Origin: a virus
Taxonomy: Duplodnaviria; Heunggongvirae; Uroviricota; Caudoviricetes
Virus record (IMG/VR): IMGVR_UViG_3300011614_000002
Coordinates: 1-64,000 of that record
Direction: 5' to 3' (one strand)
DNA: 64,000 nucleotides
A program made the translations under genes and the position numbers. Below are positions 26,565-36,713 of the stretch, in pieces; position 1 is the first letter of the stretch; every line of letters begins with the position of its first letter. The notes under the pieces were generated by a model, which was not told the DNA's origin, searched no databases, and saw only the letters and a program-made list of their open reading frames with translations.

Positions 26565-28523
26565 ATGACTTCGTTCCACAAGCCTGCACCGTTCAATTTC
26601 AAGACCCAGTACGGCCTTGGGTTCAATCCCCAGGATGATGAGATTGTCGTCGACTTCTTCTGCGGCGGCGGTGGCGCCGGTACCGGTCTAGAAATGGGCC
26701 TGGGCCGTACCGTCACTGTGGCCAAGAACCACAGCCCCGCGGCGATCAGCATGCACACCGCCAACCACCCCACTGCACGGCACTTCACCACCGATGTGTT
26801 CGAAGGGGATCCCGACACCGAATGCGGCGGGCGCCCCGTAGGCTGGTTCCACATGAGTCCGGATTGCACGCACCACAGTCAAGCCGCTGGCGGTCAGCCG
26901 CGGAAACGCGAGATCCGCAACCTATCGTGGATTGGGTTGAAATGGGCGGGGATGAAGCGCCCGCGCGTTATCAGCCTGGAGAACGTCAAGCAGATCCTGG
27001 CCTGGGGTCCCCTGATTGCGAAGCGCGATAAGGCTACCGGTCGTGTGGTGAAGGTCGACGGTACCGTAGCCGACGCCGGCGAGCGCGTGCCGGTCCACCA
27101 GCAGTTCTTGGTGCCGGATCCGAAGCGCAAGGGCCAGACCTGGCGCCGCTTCGTGCAGCTGCTGCAGGGCCTGGGCTATCAGGTGGAGTGGCAGGTAGGC
27201 CGCGCTTGCGACTACGGCGCGCCCACCAGCCGCGAGCGCCTGTTCATGATCGCCCGTTGCGACGGCCAGCCGATCATCTGGCCGGAACCGACGCACGCCA
27301 AGGTGCCGGCCAAGGGCCAGAAGCCATGGCGATCGGCCTCCGAGTGCATCGACTGGAGCCTGCCCTGCCCCAGCATCTTCGACCGGAAGAAGCCGTTGGC
27401 AGCAGCTACCCTGCGCCGTATCGCAAAAGGCATGCACAGGTTCGTCCTGGACGCTGCTGATCCTTTCATCGTGCCAATCGCCAACTGGTCGCAGGATGCG
27501 ACCCAATCTGCAGCAGACCCGCTGCGTACCGTCACCGCCTGGCCGCGTGGCGGTAGCTTTGCGGTTGCCAGCCCGATCATTGCCCCGGCGACGCATCAGG
27601 GTAGCGACCGGGTGAACGACCCATTGCAGCCCCTGCCCACTGTCACCTGCGCTAACCGAGGGGAGCAGATGCTGGTGAGCCCCACGCTGGTATCGGTCGG
27701 TTATGGCGAGCGGAACGGCCAAGAGCCACGCGTGCCAGGACTGGATAAGCCGCTGGGAACGGTAGTGGCCGGCGGAATCAAACATGCTGTGGCCGCCGCG
27801 CACCTGGTCAAATTCCGCTATGACTCGGCCGGCGCCGCTGCCGATGAGCCGATGCCGACCATCACCAGTGGTGGCAACTGCCAGCGCCCCGCTGGCGCGG
27901 CCCATGCCATGGGCATCGCCACCGCATTCATTGAGCAGGCCAACGGCGGCTTCAATGCAACGCCTGCACAGAGCGCAGAGCGCCCGATGACGACGGTGAC
28001 CAACTCAGGAAGCCAGCAGCGACTGGCAGTGGCCTCGCTGGCGACGCTGCGCCGCAACTGCACCGGGCAACCCATCACCGGCCAGGTGCCCGCGATCACC
28101 GCCGGCGCCGAACACCATGCGCTGGTGGAGTACCAGCTGGCGCCAGAGGTTGAAGCCGGCGCTCTGCAGGTGGCGGCCTTCCTGATGAGCTACTACGGCA
28201 CCGACAACACCAGCCGGCCGGACGACCCCTCGCCTACGGTCACCACCAAGGATCGCCTGGCGCTGGTCACCGTTACGATCCGGGGTACGCCCTACGTCGT
28301 AGTGGACATCGGCCTGCGCATGCTGCAACCCCGCGAGCTGTACCGCGCGCAAGGCTTCCCAGACGACTATCGCATTGACCATGGGCATGACGGCCGCAAG
28401 TTCACGAAGTCAGAGCAGGTGCATATGTGCGGTAATAGCGTCTCCCCGCCCCATATGGCGGCGATCGCCCGCGCGAACGACCCATGGCAGGTTCGGTCTT
28501 TAGACATGGTGACAGCGGCGTAG
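26565..28523 (+). CDS. DNA (cytosine-5)-methyltransferase, large target-recognition region
   Basis: Motif I DFFCGGGGAGTG, motif VI ISLENV, motif VIII RERLF, motif IX/X RELYRAQGFPDDY, plus GNSVSPP. The catalytic region reads SPDC rather than the canonical PCQ. Confidence 0.8.
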   Translation: MTSFHKPAPFNFKTQYGLGFNPQDDEIVVDFFCGGGGAGTGLEMGLGRTVTVAKNHSPAAISMHTANHPTARHFTTDVFEGDPDTECGGRPVGWFHMSPDCTHHSQAAGGQPRKREIRNLSWIGLKWAGMKRPRVISLENVKQILAWGPLIAKRDKATGRVVKVDGTVADAGERVPVHQQFLVPDPKRKGQTWRRFVQLLQGLGYQVEWQVGRACDYGAPTSRERLFMIARCDGQPIIWPEPTHAKVPAKGQKPWRSASECIDWSLPCPSIFDRKKPLAAATLRRIAKGMHRFVLDAADPFIVPIANWSQDATQSAADPLRTVTAWPRGGSFAVASPIIAPATHQGSDRVNDPLQPLPTVTCANRGEQMLVSPTLVSVGYGERNGQEPRVPGLDKPLGTVVAGGIKHAVAAAHLVKFRYDSAGAAADEPMPTITSGGNCQRPAGAAHAMGIATAFIEQANGGFNATPAQSAERPMTTVTNSGSQQRLAVASLATLRRNCTGQPITGQVPAITAGAEHHALVEYQLAPEVEAGALQVAAFLMSYYGTDNTSRPDDPSPTVTTKDRLALVTVTIRGTPYVVVDIGLRMLQPRELYRAQGFPDDYRIDHGHDGRKFTKSEQVHMCGNSVSPPHMAAIARANDPWQVRSLDMVTAA

Positions 28524-28591
28524 GTGAGCCAACTAGCGCGGCTACGGAGCTGGTCCCCGAATTTGGGGACCGGACTATTTAGGATTGTTCG

Positions 28592-28795
28592 ATGAGTGAC
28601 ATAAATCCCATCAAGGCAGGCCATCGAACCCAGGCGGGTCGCCATCAAGCGGTCGTCTGGGAGGATGGCTATGTTGCCGCGATGGCTGGCCTGGGCTATG
28701 AATGCCCGCACCCGCTAGCCACCGTTGAAGCGATCCATTGGACCGATGGCCATGGCGAGGCCATGAAGACGCTGCGGTTCCTGCTGGATGCGTAG
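28592..28795 (+). CDS. hypothetical small protein (67 aa)
   Basis: AGGATTG Shine-Dalgarno. Confidence 0.35.
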   Translation: MSDINPIKAGHRTQAGRHQAVVWEDGYVAAMAGLGYECPHPLATVEAIHWTDGHGEAMKTLRFLLDA

Positions 28796-28801
28796 CTGAA
28801 G

Positions 28802-29809
28802 CTATAGCTCAGTTCGACTGAGCAGCTCGGCAGTTCCATCAGGAAACAGCTCTAGGTCGCAAACTTCAGCCTTGAAACCATGAGACTTGAAGTATTGGCC
28901 GATTTCTTCGAAATACTCCCTGTTCTCCGTAAAATTACACAAGTTGATAAGCGGGATTGCCGGCTTTGTCAGAGAAAATCCAGGCATTTCAGCCAGAACA
29001 CCTTCCTGAGAATGACTGAGCAGTACACCTACATTTCCCACGTTCAGCATGGTTTGGTAGGAGTCCACTCCGTTCACATTTGGCCACCTTCTCTTAAGGC
29101 CAGTCGCAATTGCGCTCAGAATTCCAATCTCTTCGAGATACAGCAGCTGACCGAATGGGAAGCCTGCATTCTCTAAGGCTCGGTTTTGGGTATCGTCTTG
29201 GAGCCTGAAGATAAACCCTTGCAGGACAAAGGGCGCAAGCTTGGCTATGAGTTCTGCATCTTCGGTGCTTAGATTCCGGATAAGGTCCAGGGTCCGCAAG
29301 CTATGGCTTCCAGGTGCTTTTACCTCGCCTGCGAGCAGCCGACCCCATATCTGCTGTAGGTCTTCAGCCGAAACCTCTCCTGCGTAATCTCGCCAACGCC
29401 GGATCCAGTCGCCGTCCACCGTGCGCTCTGGAGCCGGCGATGGATCCTGATGTAACTCTTCCTCAGCGCGCAGCAAGGCCTTAGCAACGTTTACTTCCCT
29501 GCGCAGGAGTTCATTGGTGTGCTGGTCTTGAACGATCGCAGGCAGCTCATCCAAATCGAATTCGGGCTCCAGTCGTTCCTCCACGCGAGCAATCCTGCGA
29601 TGGCGCGCTAGCTGGAAATCGGCCAGGGTCTTCTCACCACTCAGGATCTGTGCCGCATCACGCTCCCCCTGAGCCTCGATCCGCTTCGCGTCTGCCCGGC
29701 CATAGGCGTCGCGTCGCATCTGACCTGGTCTAAGCAAGGCGCCAACGCCGTTATCCGCGCAGGTCCTCCAAAGCGTCTGAACAAGCTCAGAAAAATTCCA
29801 ATCACCCAT
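28802..29809 (-). CDS. hypothetical protein (335 aa) in a low-GC island; candidate defence/moron gene A
   Basis: GC roughly 52%. No TM segment. No recognisable catalytic motif. Confidence 0.55.
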   Translation of the reverse strand: MGDWNFSELVQTLWRTCADNGVGALLRPGQMRRDAYGRADAKRIEAQGERDAAQILSGEKTLADFQLARHRRIARVEERLEPEFDLDELPAIVQDQHTNELLRREVNVAKALLRAEEELHQDPSPAPERTVDGDWIRRWRDYAGEVSAEDLQQIWGRLLAGEVKAPGSHSLRTLDLIRNLSTEDAELIAKLAPFVLQGFIFRLQDDTQNRALENAGFPFGQLLYLEEIGILSAIATGLKRRWPNVNGVDSYQTMLNVGNVGVLLSHSQEGVLAEMPGFSLTKPAIPLINLCNFTENREYFEEIGQYFKSHGFKAEVCDLELFPDGTAELLSRTEL

Positions 29810-29879
29810 CGGCTCTCTCCCAGGTGTCGACTTGTTCTATGACCACAGGAAACTCGCTTTTCTCGCTGTACGTGGATGG

Positions 29880-30344
29880 CAAAAATCCTAATCGGAACGT
29901 GCACAGCAGTGAAGTGGCCTAATTTCAGTGCAAGTGCTTGATAGCATTATAATATTTTTTTGAATTACTCTTGATTTAGTGTTTTTAAATGTTAAAACAT
30001 AAATACCCGAGGCTAATTATTATGATTTGTCGTTGTAGGGGGAATAACATAAAGAGAAAATAAACATGAGAAAATTACTTAAATATATAAGCATTGCAAT
30101 CACATTAGCAGTAACCGCATCTATCCCATCGTCTACAGTTCAACAATCTACGTCAGCGAAAGCACAGCAGGTGCTAGCTGCACCCGCTGCTTTAGGCGGA
30201 GGATGATAGCTCTTGGCGGCAGTTATGCCGCTCGGTCCGTCTCTCAGACGAATGTTACGGCGCCAGAGTCAGCGGTAAGCGTCCAAGCCATCGTATGGGA
30301 CTATGGCCAACGTGAGACGATGACTACCTTTTGATTACATAAAG
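29880..30344. other. AT-rich (about 30% GC) non-coding segment inside the low-GC island
   Basis: Extreme local GC drop. A 47-codon signal-peptide ORF (30066..30206, plus strand) lies inside. Confidence 0.6.
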
Positions 30345-31196
30345 CTACCAAAGCGGCTTTCTGACCTTAGTCTCTATTGGCTCCATGCGTATTTCATAAA
30401 GAGCAGCCAACACAGGAGCACGAACCCTCATGTCCGTGCCGAACCAGGAATTGTTCGCCATCTTTGCAGTGCTTTTTCTATCAAAATAATACGATTTAAA
30501 AAGATATACAGTGCTCGAATGTGTTAACAACGTGGTATGTGTCATACCCTTTAGAAAGAAACTTTGCTCTTTTAGTACAATTGAGGCGACCTCGTAATCC
30601 CACAGTAGGTCTCGGGTCCCTGGCATAGCCTGCGGCATATCTATTATTATTTTATTTGCAACTTCGAAGCGCTGTCTGTCTTCAATAATGTCGGCAACTT
30701 TAATTTCTGACAATTTTGCTGATAAATCGTCCAAAAACATATTCTGCCAGTGACTACCGACGATTCTTCTCTCTATACCTTGCGGAAGATGCCCATAGAA
30801 ATCGGCAAAATCCGTGCCTAAATTCGCTAAACGCCCCAACACCTTGAACAGATCTTCGAGAAACGTCTTGGATGTTGGATCAAGCGAGCGTATAGACTCT
30901 GACATCTTAGGTATCAGGGAGTCGGCCTCTTTCGCAATGTATGTGATTCTGGCCGTTTCTCTCGCTTTTCTGTACTGATACACGGCGAACACAAACGTTA
31001 TCACCGTAACAGCTTGACCTAGAAATTGAGCAAATTCATTCAGTCCGCTTTTTGTTACTGGCACGTAGACGACTACGGCGACAAATACAATGAACGCGAG
31101 TGAGGCAAGGCAAACAGGTAGAAGTCTAGGGTTTAGGAATTGGACGTCTAGGTAATTACCTAATCTCACTAGGTATAAGCGAATTGAATTCCACAT
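30345..31196 (-). CDS. 2TM membrane protein with cytoplasmic C-terminal domain (283 aa); candidate defence/moron gene B
   Basis: GC roughly 45%. TM helices LLPVCLASLAFIVFVAVVVYV and VTVITFVFAVYQY, followed by a soluble domain of about 200 aa. Confidence 0.6.
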   Translation of the reverse strand: MWNSIRLYLVRLGNYLDVQFLNPRLLPVCLASLAFIVFVAVVVYVPVTKSGLNEFAQFLGQAVTVITFVFAVYQYRKARETARITYIAKEADSLIPKMSESIRSLDPTSKTFLEDLFKVLGRLANLGTDFADFYGHLPQGIERRIVGSHWQNMFLDDLSAKLSEIKVADIIEDRQRFEVANKIIIDMPQAMPGTRDLLWDYEVASIVLKEQSFFLKGMTHTTLLTHSSTVYLFKSYYFDRKSTAKMANNSWFGTDMRVRAPVLAALYEIRMEPIETKVRKPLW

Positions 31197-31372
31197 AATT
31201 CACGCTGAATCCTTCCGGGCAATCCTTATAGCGATTCTAGCCTGAAGTCCCAAGACTTTGAGATAGATAGTGGGCGTAGCTGCAGCCTTGGCTTTCGTGC
31301 AGCATCAGGTGCGCACACGGAGATGAGCGTCGGGTGCCCTACCCAGCTCGCCTTCGCATAGTATTGTCCATG

Positions 31373-31717
31373 TCACCGGCCGCAATACCCATCGTACCGA
31401 TCGCCAGGCTCCTGCAGCTCCATCGGCATGTCTTCCCGCGCCATGTAGAACGGCACCCAGCCCGTCCAGCCGCCATTGGGCAAGAACTTCGACCGGATCC
31501 ACGTCTGCGCCTTGGCCTCGAAGGCGACGTCGCCACAGACAAAGCCAGAGGCCTTTCCTTCCCGCACATTGCGGACCTTCACTGAGTCGGGATTGCCCAG
31601 TTCGGACATCTCGCCCGCAGCGTCTTTAGCTTTGGATTCGAGCACGGGATCCGAGAACCCCATCAGGGCGAACGCTGCACCGCAGATGACAACTACGGCG
31701 CCCAGGGACTTCTTCAT
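31373..31717 (-). CDS. secreted/periplasmic small protein (114 aa)
   Basis: Signal peptide MKKSLGAVVVICGAAFALMGFS. GAGG Shine-Dalgarno 6 nt upstream. Divergent from the giant gene. Confidence 0.5.
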   Translation of the reverse strand: MKKSLGAVVVICGAAFALMGFSDPVLESKAKDAAGEMSELGNPDSVKVRNVREGKASGFVCGDVAFEAKAQTWIRSKFLPNGGWTGWVPFYMAREDMPMELQEPGDRYDGYCGR

Positions 31718-31804
31718 GCGCATCCTCTGCGTGGTTTGAAAACGGCGCGGATGGTACCAGAGCGCCTCGGCGCCGGTGCCCCGTCGTGACGCCAACATGG
31801 CGCC

Positions 31805-34800
31805 ATGAACAGACCTCACGCACCCCTGGCAGGGACTCTCCGGGTCCTACTGCTCAAAGCATCTAAGATCGCGCACCAGGCGGGTTTCTACCTGCAGGGT
31901 GGCCGCTGGCACAAGGTATCTCCGGAAAAGCCGGCCCCCGCCGGGCATCCGGTGCTTGCGCAGAAGCCCGAATCGGGCCATACGCGCATCACCGGCGAGA
32001 TGTGGCAGCAGCTGCACGATCAGCATCCAGCCAACTCGAACAAGGCGACGTACAGCAAGAAGCTGGACAAGCTCAAGGAGGCTTACCACGCGGGCGATAC
32101 GCACGCGATCCTGGGCGCCAGCTACCCCAACGACACCACCCACAAGAAGGTCGCTCATGTAGCGAACTTCGTTCTGGCCAACCTGGGCAGTGAGCACCAA
32201 GTGCATGCAGGGCTGAAACAAGGAACCCACCCTGCCCTCTCCCAGGCCCCCGCCGCTCCGGCACCGGCGCCGACGAACACCGAGTCCAGCCCCGCAACCC
32301 CCGCCCCAGCACCTGCAGCTGCCGCGCCCAAGGCCGGTAATTCCAGCATCGCCCTGACCCACACCCACTGGCAGTCCATCAAGGACGCTCACCCGGACAA
32401 CTCCAACAAGAAGGCCTTCGTCAGCAAGGTCGAGAAGATCCAGCAGGCCCACAGCGCCGGCGATGCCGATGCCATCCTGGGCATGAGCTACCCCAACGAC
32501 ACCACCGGCAAGAAGGTCGTGCACGTGGCCAACGCGGCCCTGGCGGACCTGGGTAGTGACCACAAGGTCCACGCCGGCCTCAAGCAGGACAGCCACGACG
32601 CCCTGGCGCAGAAACCAACGGAAACCCCAGCAGTTACCCCGTCTGAACCTGGCCCCAAGGACGGAGACACCAAGCAGGGCGCCGAAGGCGAACTGGTCTT
32701 CAAGGATGGCCACTGGCACAAGCAGGAAGACGCCAGCACCCGTACGGCCAGCACTGATGGCGCGACGGCCACAGACGTGACACCCAAGGGCCACGGTATC
32801 GATAGCCCGGAATCGTCTGACGTCGACATGGACAGCTACGCCGACCAGTACGGCGAGATGGTCAAGCTGGAGCAGGCCGGTGACGTCCAGGGCTTGAAGG
32901 ACTTCGCCGCCAAGCACCACAACGACCCCCAGCTCAAGAACCTGGCGCAACTGGCGAACCAGAAGCTCACCAAGCTGGCATCTGCGGCGGCGGAGAAACC
33001 AGCGGAAACGCCTTCGGTTACCGGCGGCACCGAAATCGAAAAACCCAAGCAGATCGTCGCCCCGACCGCTGCCGAGGTCGACGCGCTCAAGGCCGATCTG
33101 AAGGCCCTGGGCATTGGCGTGCGCGTGCTCAAGAGCAGCGGCGGCCTGATCGACGTCCGGCCCAAGCTGCCCGCAGGCGATGCCCTACCGCTGTTCACCC
33201 AGGACCAGTTGGCTCAGGTGGCCCAGGTCCTGGACAAGCACGGCATGACCTATGAGCTGTGCGCCTGGGCGGGCAAGACCATGGCCAGCTACTTTGCCGG
33301 TCAGGAAAAGAACGCCCTGAACCTGGTAGGCATGGCGCTGAACCACGACGGATCCCGCGGCACCAAGCCGCTGCCGGCGGCCACTGCCCCCGAGAAACCC
33401 ACGGTAACCACCGCTGAAGGCAGCGCAGTTACTGGCTTGGCCATGCCCAAATTCCTCGAAGGTGCCAAGACCACCGGCGTAGTGGCGCATTACCAGAAGG
33501 TGGCGCAGAAGGTGCTGGACCTGGCCTCGGCGGGAGATGCGGCCGGCCTGGCGCAGTTGAAGGCTGACGGCATGGCGCCCAAGACCGACGGCAAGGTCGG
33601 CAATACCTGGAAGGGCAAGACCGCCAACAGCAAGATCCTGCTGGCGCTGCATGATGCGGCCGCTACGCAGGTTGCCGGTGGCGCAGCCGCTCCTGCAGCA
33701 GCTGAAACCACCCCTGCTGCTTCCGCTCCGGACGCACCGACTGTTCCCGATGCGGCCCCGGCTGGCGGACTGCCAACCCCGCCCAAGTTCAAGAGCAACG
33801 ATGCACAACACCTGGCTAACGTCTGGCATCAGGTAGCCGAGCAGGGCAAGTACGCCGCGATAGCCCTGAGCGTAGAACAGGCCTCGACCACTACAGCCCT
33901 TGGAAACATTCCCGAAGCACCAGAGCTGGTGAGCTATGGGAAGGAGTTGCTAGCTAGCATGGCCGCGGCTGGCGCTGGCCCCAAAGAGGGCGACACCAAG
34001 ATGGGTGTCGAAGGCATGCTGGTGCTCAAGGATGGCCACTGGGTCAAGATGGACCAAGACGCTCACCCCATTGACGCCATTCCCATGCCGCCCCTGGAAG
34101 GCTTCTACAACCCGCAGAAGGTAGGCATTGCCCTCCAGGAGCTGAAGGCCAAGGTTAAGGCAGAAGGTCCGTCCGCCCTGAAGGGTGTGACGAAGAAGAT
34201 GTCCGCCACCGGCAAACTGATCACCAAGGTCGGGGGCTACAAGATCACGGGACACGTGAGCTCGGACAGTTCCCATTCGGCGGTCTACCACTACGTCGAA
34301 GCCCTGAAGACCGTGGCGGGCTCCCCGAAAAAGACCAAAGCCGCGGCAGCATCTGCAGCAGCAGCTGGCCCCGCGCCCTACGCGCCGCCGGAACCTGCGT
34401 CGGAATCCATAGACGGCTGGAAGCAGATCGGCCCCCAGGGTGGCTCCAACCCCGGCGGCAAGTTCGTAGACGACCAGGGCGTCGAATGGTACTGCAAGTT
34501 TCCCGGCGATCCGGACGTGGCCAAGAGCGAAGTGCTGGCGGCGAAGCTGTACGAAGCCGCGGGGATCACCGGCCAGGACTGCAAGCTGATCACCAAGGAC
34601 GGGAAGCTCGGCATCGCCAGCAAGTGGGTGGACGTCCAGAAGGCCGGCCCGGATGCCCTGGCCAAGGCCGAAGGGGTCGCCGAGGGCTTTGCCGTCGACG
34701 CCTGGCTGGCGAACTGGGACGTGGTCGGCCTGGCGTTCGATAACCTGCAGCTGGATGCCCATGGCCAGGCTGTGCGGGTCGATGCTGGCGGCTCCCTGGA

Positions 34801-36241
34801 GTACCGCGCCCAGGGCGGCAAGAAGGCCTTCGGCGAATCGGTCTCGGAGATCGACACGCTGCGCGATCCGAAGATCAACCCCCAGTCGGCCCAGGTCTTC
34901 GGCCACCTGACCGCCGCGGACATCACCGCCTCGGTGGCCAAGGTTGCCGAGGTCCCCGACGACGCCATCTATGACCTGGTCATGGAGTTCGGCCCGGGCA
35001 GCATGGCCGACAAAGCCCACCTGATCGACACGCTGATCGCCCGCAAGCAGGACCTGCTGGCCAAGTACCCCAAGGCGGCGAAGAAAAGCCAGAAAGCCAA
35101 GGTGAAGCCTGAAAAGCAGGATCCCACCGCCTTGAAGGTCGACCCCAGCCAGCTGCCGCAGCCGCACGACTTCCACAACTGGAACGGCCCAGGCAACGGC
35201 CTATCGTCCAAGACCCACGTCAACGACATGAACCTGAAGGCCGAGCAGGATCTGCTGGACTTCGCGGCCAAGGGCAACCTGATCGCGCTGAAGGACTATC
35301 ACTACGAGGCGGTCGACAAGGACACCGGCGCGCCGACAGGCCAGCAGCACATCGAGCAGCACCCGTCGCAGCACGTGAAGACCTACTGGTCCGACCTGGT
35401 CTCCACGCTGGGCTACATCGCCAACCCGCCGGAACAGCTCAAGCGCTTCAAGTCGGTCGTTGCCGCCGGCCTGAAGAAGGTCTCCGACGCCTTCGCATCG
35501 GCAGGCTATGGCACGACTACCTCCAAGGTGGCGGCGAACCAGCGCCTGGCGTTCTGGATCGCCCTGGGCCACACCAAACCGGTCGAAGCCCTGGTGCCCA
35601 ACCACGCCAGCCTGGAATTCCAGTCGACCCCTGTGGGCGTGCCCAAGATGACCGAGCAAATGAAGGCCGCGGCCAAGCAGGCCTATGCTAGCCTCGCTTC
35701 AGATCGCCTGGTCAAACGCTTCATCAACGGCATCCAGGCGTCGGGCACCTACAACGACAACTTCCGTGACGGCAAAATGGTCACTCACGATGGGAAAGAC
35801 GCTGTCGGCATGGTGCTCGATGCCTACTCCTACGCTACTGAGAAGCCCGAAGGCTTCGAGGTGTACAAGTGGGTGAGCTTCCCTGGCGACATGGGCAAGC
35901 AGATGCTGAACGCCAAGCCAGGCACCGTCTTCCAGAACCCGGGATCCATGTGCTGTTCGTACAACCCCACGGCCACCAGCGGCTTCGGTCCGGATCGGAT
36001 GCGGATCCGCTTCGCCAAGGGCTCGAAGGCCGTCGATAGCTTCGGCTCCGGTAGCTTCAGCAGTGAGCAGGAGATCACCACCCTGCCCGGCCAGCGGTTC
36101 GTCATCCTGTCGAGCAAGAAGGTGCACTGCCCGGTCAAACACAAGGAGCGCATCGAGCTTGACGTGCTGATGCTGCCCCCAGATGACACCTATGTGGCCG
36201 AACTGGAAGCCAATAAGGGGAAACATGGACAATCGTCTTGA
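31805..36241 (+). CDS. giant multidomain (polyvalent-type) protein: tandem N-terminal repeats, kinase-like core, C-terminal ADP-ribosyltransferase-like domain
   Basis: - N-terminal tandem repeat units: two copies of about 120 aa (YPNDTT(H/G)KKV(A/V)HVAN...VHAGLKQ).
- Second repeat family: KDGDTKQGAEGELVFKDGHWHKQ and KEGDTKMGVEGMLVLKDGHWVKM.
- Kinase-like core: KFVDDQGVEWYCKF, DAWLANWDVVGLAFDN and RVDAGGSLEY, resembling a HipA/PI3-4K-type catalytic loop and DxG.
- C-terminal ART-like motif: GSFSSEQEITTLPGQRFVI, matching the toxin (Q/E)xE-hhLPG signature, with a preceding S/T-rich stretch. Confidence 0.8.
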   Translation: MNRPHAPLAGTLRVLLLKASKIAHQAGFYLQGGRWHKVSPEKPAPAGHPVLAQKPESGHTRITGEMWQQLHDQHPANSNKATYSKKLDKLKEAYHAGDTHAILGASYPNDTTHKKVAHVANFVLANLGSEHQVHAGLKQGTHPALSQAPAAPAPAPTNTESSPATPAPAPAAAAPKAGNSSIALTHTHWQSIKDAHPDNSNKKAFVSKVEKIQQAHSAGDADAILGMSYPNDTTGKKVVHVANAALADLGSDHKVHAGLKQDSHDALAQKPTETPAVTPSEPGPKDGDTKQGAEGELVFKDGHWHKQEDASTRTASTDGATATDVTPKGHGIDSPESSDVDMDSYADQYGEMVKLEQAGDVQGLKDFAAKHHNDPQLKNLAQLANQKLTKLASAAAEKPAETPSVTGGTEIEKPKQIVAPTAAEVDALKADLKALGIGVRVLKSSGGLIDVRPKLPAGDALPLFTQDQLAQVAQVLDKHGMTYELCAWAGKTMASYFAGQEKNALNLVGMALNHDGSRGTKPLPAATAPEKPTVTTAEGSAVTGLAMPKFLEGAKTTGVVAHYQKVAQKVLDLASAGDAAGLAQLKADGMAPKTDGKVGNTWKGKTANSKILLALHDAAATQVAGGAAAPAAAETTPAASAPDAPTVPDAAPAGGLPTPPKFKSNDAQHLANVWHQVAEQGKYAAIALSVEQASTTTALGNIPEAPELVSYGKELLASMAAAGAGPKEGDTKMGVEGMLVLKDGHWVKMDQDAHPIDAIPMPPLEGFYNPQKVGIALQELKAKVKAEGPSALKGVTKKMSATGKLITKVGGYKITGHVSSDSSHSAVYHYVEALKTVAGSPKKTKAAAASAAAAGPAPYAPPEPASESIDGWKQIGPQGGSNPGGKFVDDQGVEWYCKFPGDPDVAKSEVLAAKLYEAAGITGQDCKLITKDGKLGIASKWVDVQKAGPDALAKAEGVAEGFAVDAWLANWDVVGLAFDNLQLDAHGQAVRVDAGGSLEYRAQGGKKAFGESVSEIDTLRDPKINPQSAQVFGHLTAADITASVAKVAEVPDDAIYDLVMEFGPGSMADKAHLIDTLIARKQDLLAKYPKAAKKSQKAKVKPEKQDPTALKVDPSQLPQPHDFHNWNGPGNGLSSKTHVNDMNLKAEQDLLDFAAKGNLIALKDYHYEAVDKDTGAPTGQQHIEQHPSQHVKTYWSDLVSTLGYIANPPEQLKRFKSVVAAGLKKVSDAFASAGYGTTTSKVAANQRLAFWIALGHTKPVEALVPNHASLEFQSTPVGVPKMTEQMKAAAKQAYASLASDRLVKRFINGIQASGTYNDNFRDGKMVTHDGKDAVGMVLDAYSYATEKPEGFEVYKWVSFPGDMGKQMLNAKPGTVFQNPGSMCCSYNPTATSGFGPDRMRIRFAKGSKAVDSFGSGSFSSEQEITTLPGQRFVILSSKKVHCPVKHKERIELDVLMLPPDDTYVAELEANKGKHGQSS

Positions 36242-36713
36242 TGTGAACATGCAGGACGGCCTGGCGGCCGCTGCAGCTGGCACCGAACGGCACAACTACC
36301 TGGGCGATGCCCAGGTGGTGAACCAGCTGGTCCGCAATTTCTTCGCTGGCGTCTTCTCCGAGCGCGCCAAGTTCCACCAGGGCGGCAACGATGAAGGCGC
36401 CACGGCGGCCATCGAGCAGCTGTGCCGCCACTACGCATCGATCTTCATGGGCGAGAGCGGTGGCTACGTCGCGCAGCCCTGGAACAGCCCCCATCGTCTG
36501 GGCATCTTCCTGCGCGTGGTGACGCCAGACGTGAACGACTACCCCACGCCGGCCGAGGCCTATTTCAACTTCCTGGCCCTGCAGGCGCTGGAAGCCGCCA
36601 TCGCCCTGGAAGAGGGCCATATGACGGATGCCGAAGTGCAGGCCGGCATGACCGAAGTCGTGGAAGACGCTGTGGCCGTGCTGCTGGGCCAGAAAGCCGG
36701 TGCCCAGGCATGA
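36225..36713 (+). CDS. hypothetical protein overlapping the 3' end of the giant gene; candidate immunity/partner
   Basis: AAGGGG Shine-Dalgarno 6 nt upstream of the ATG at 36225. The stop is ATGA-coupled to the Nudix gene. Confidence 0.5.
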   Translation: MDNRLDVNMQDGLAAAAAGTERHNYLGDAQVVNQLVRNFFAGVFSERAKFHQGGNDEGATAAIEQLCRHYASIFMGESGGYVAQPWNSPHRLGIFLRVVTPDVNDYPTPAEAYFNFLALQALEAAIALEEGHMTDAEVQAGMTEVVEDAVAVLLGQKAGAQA

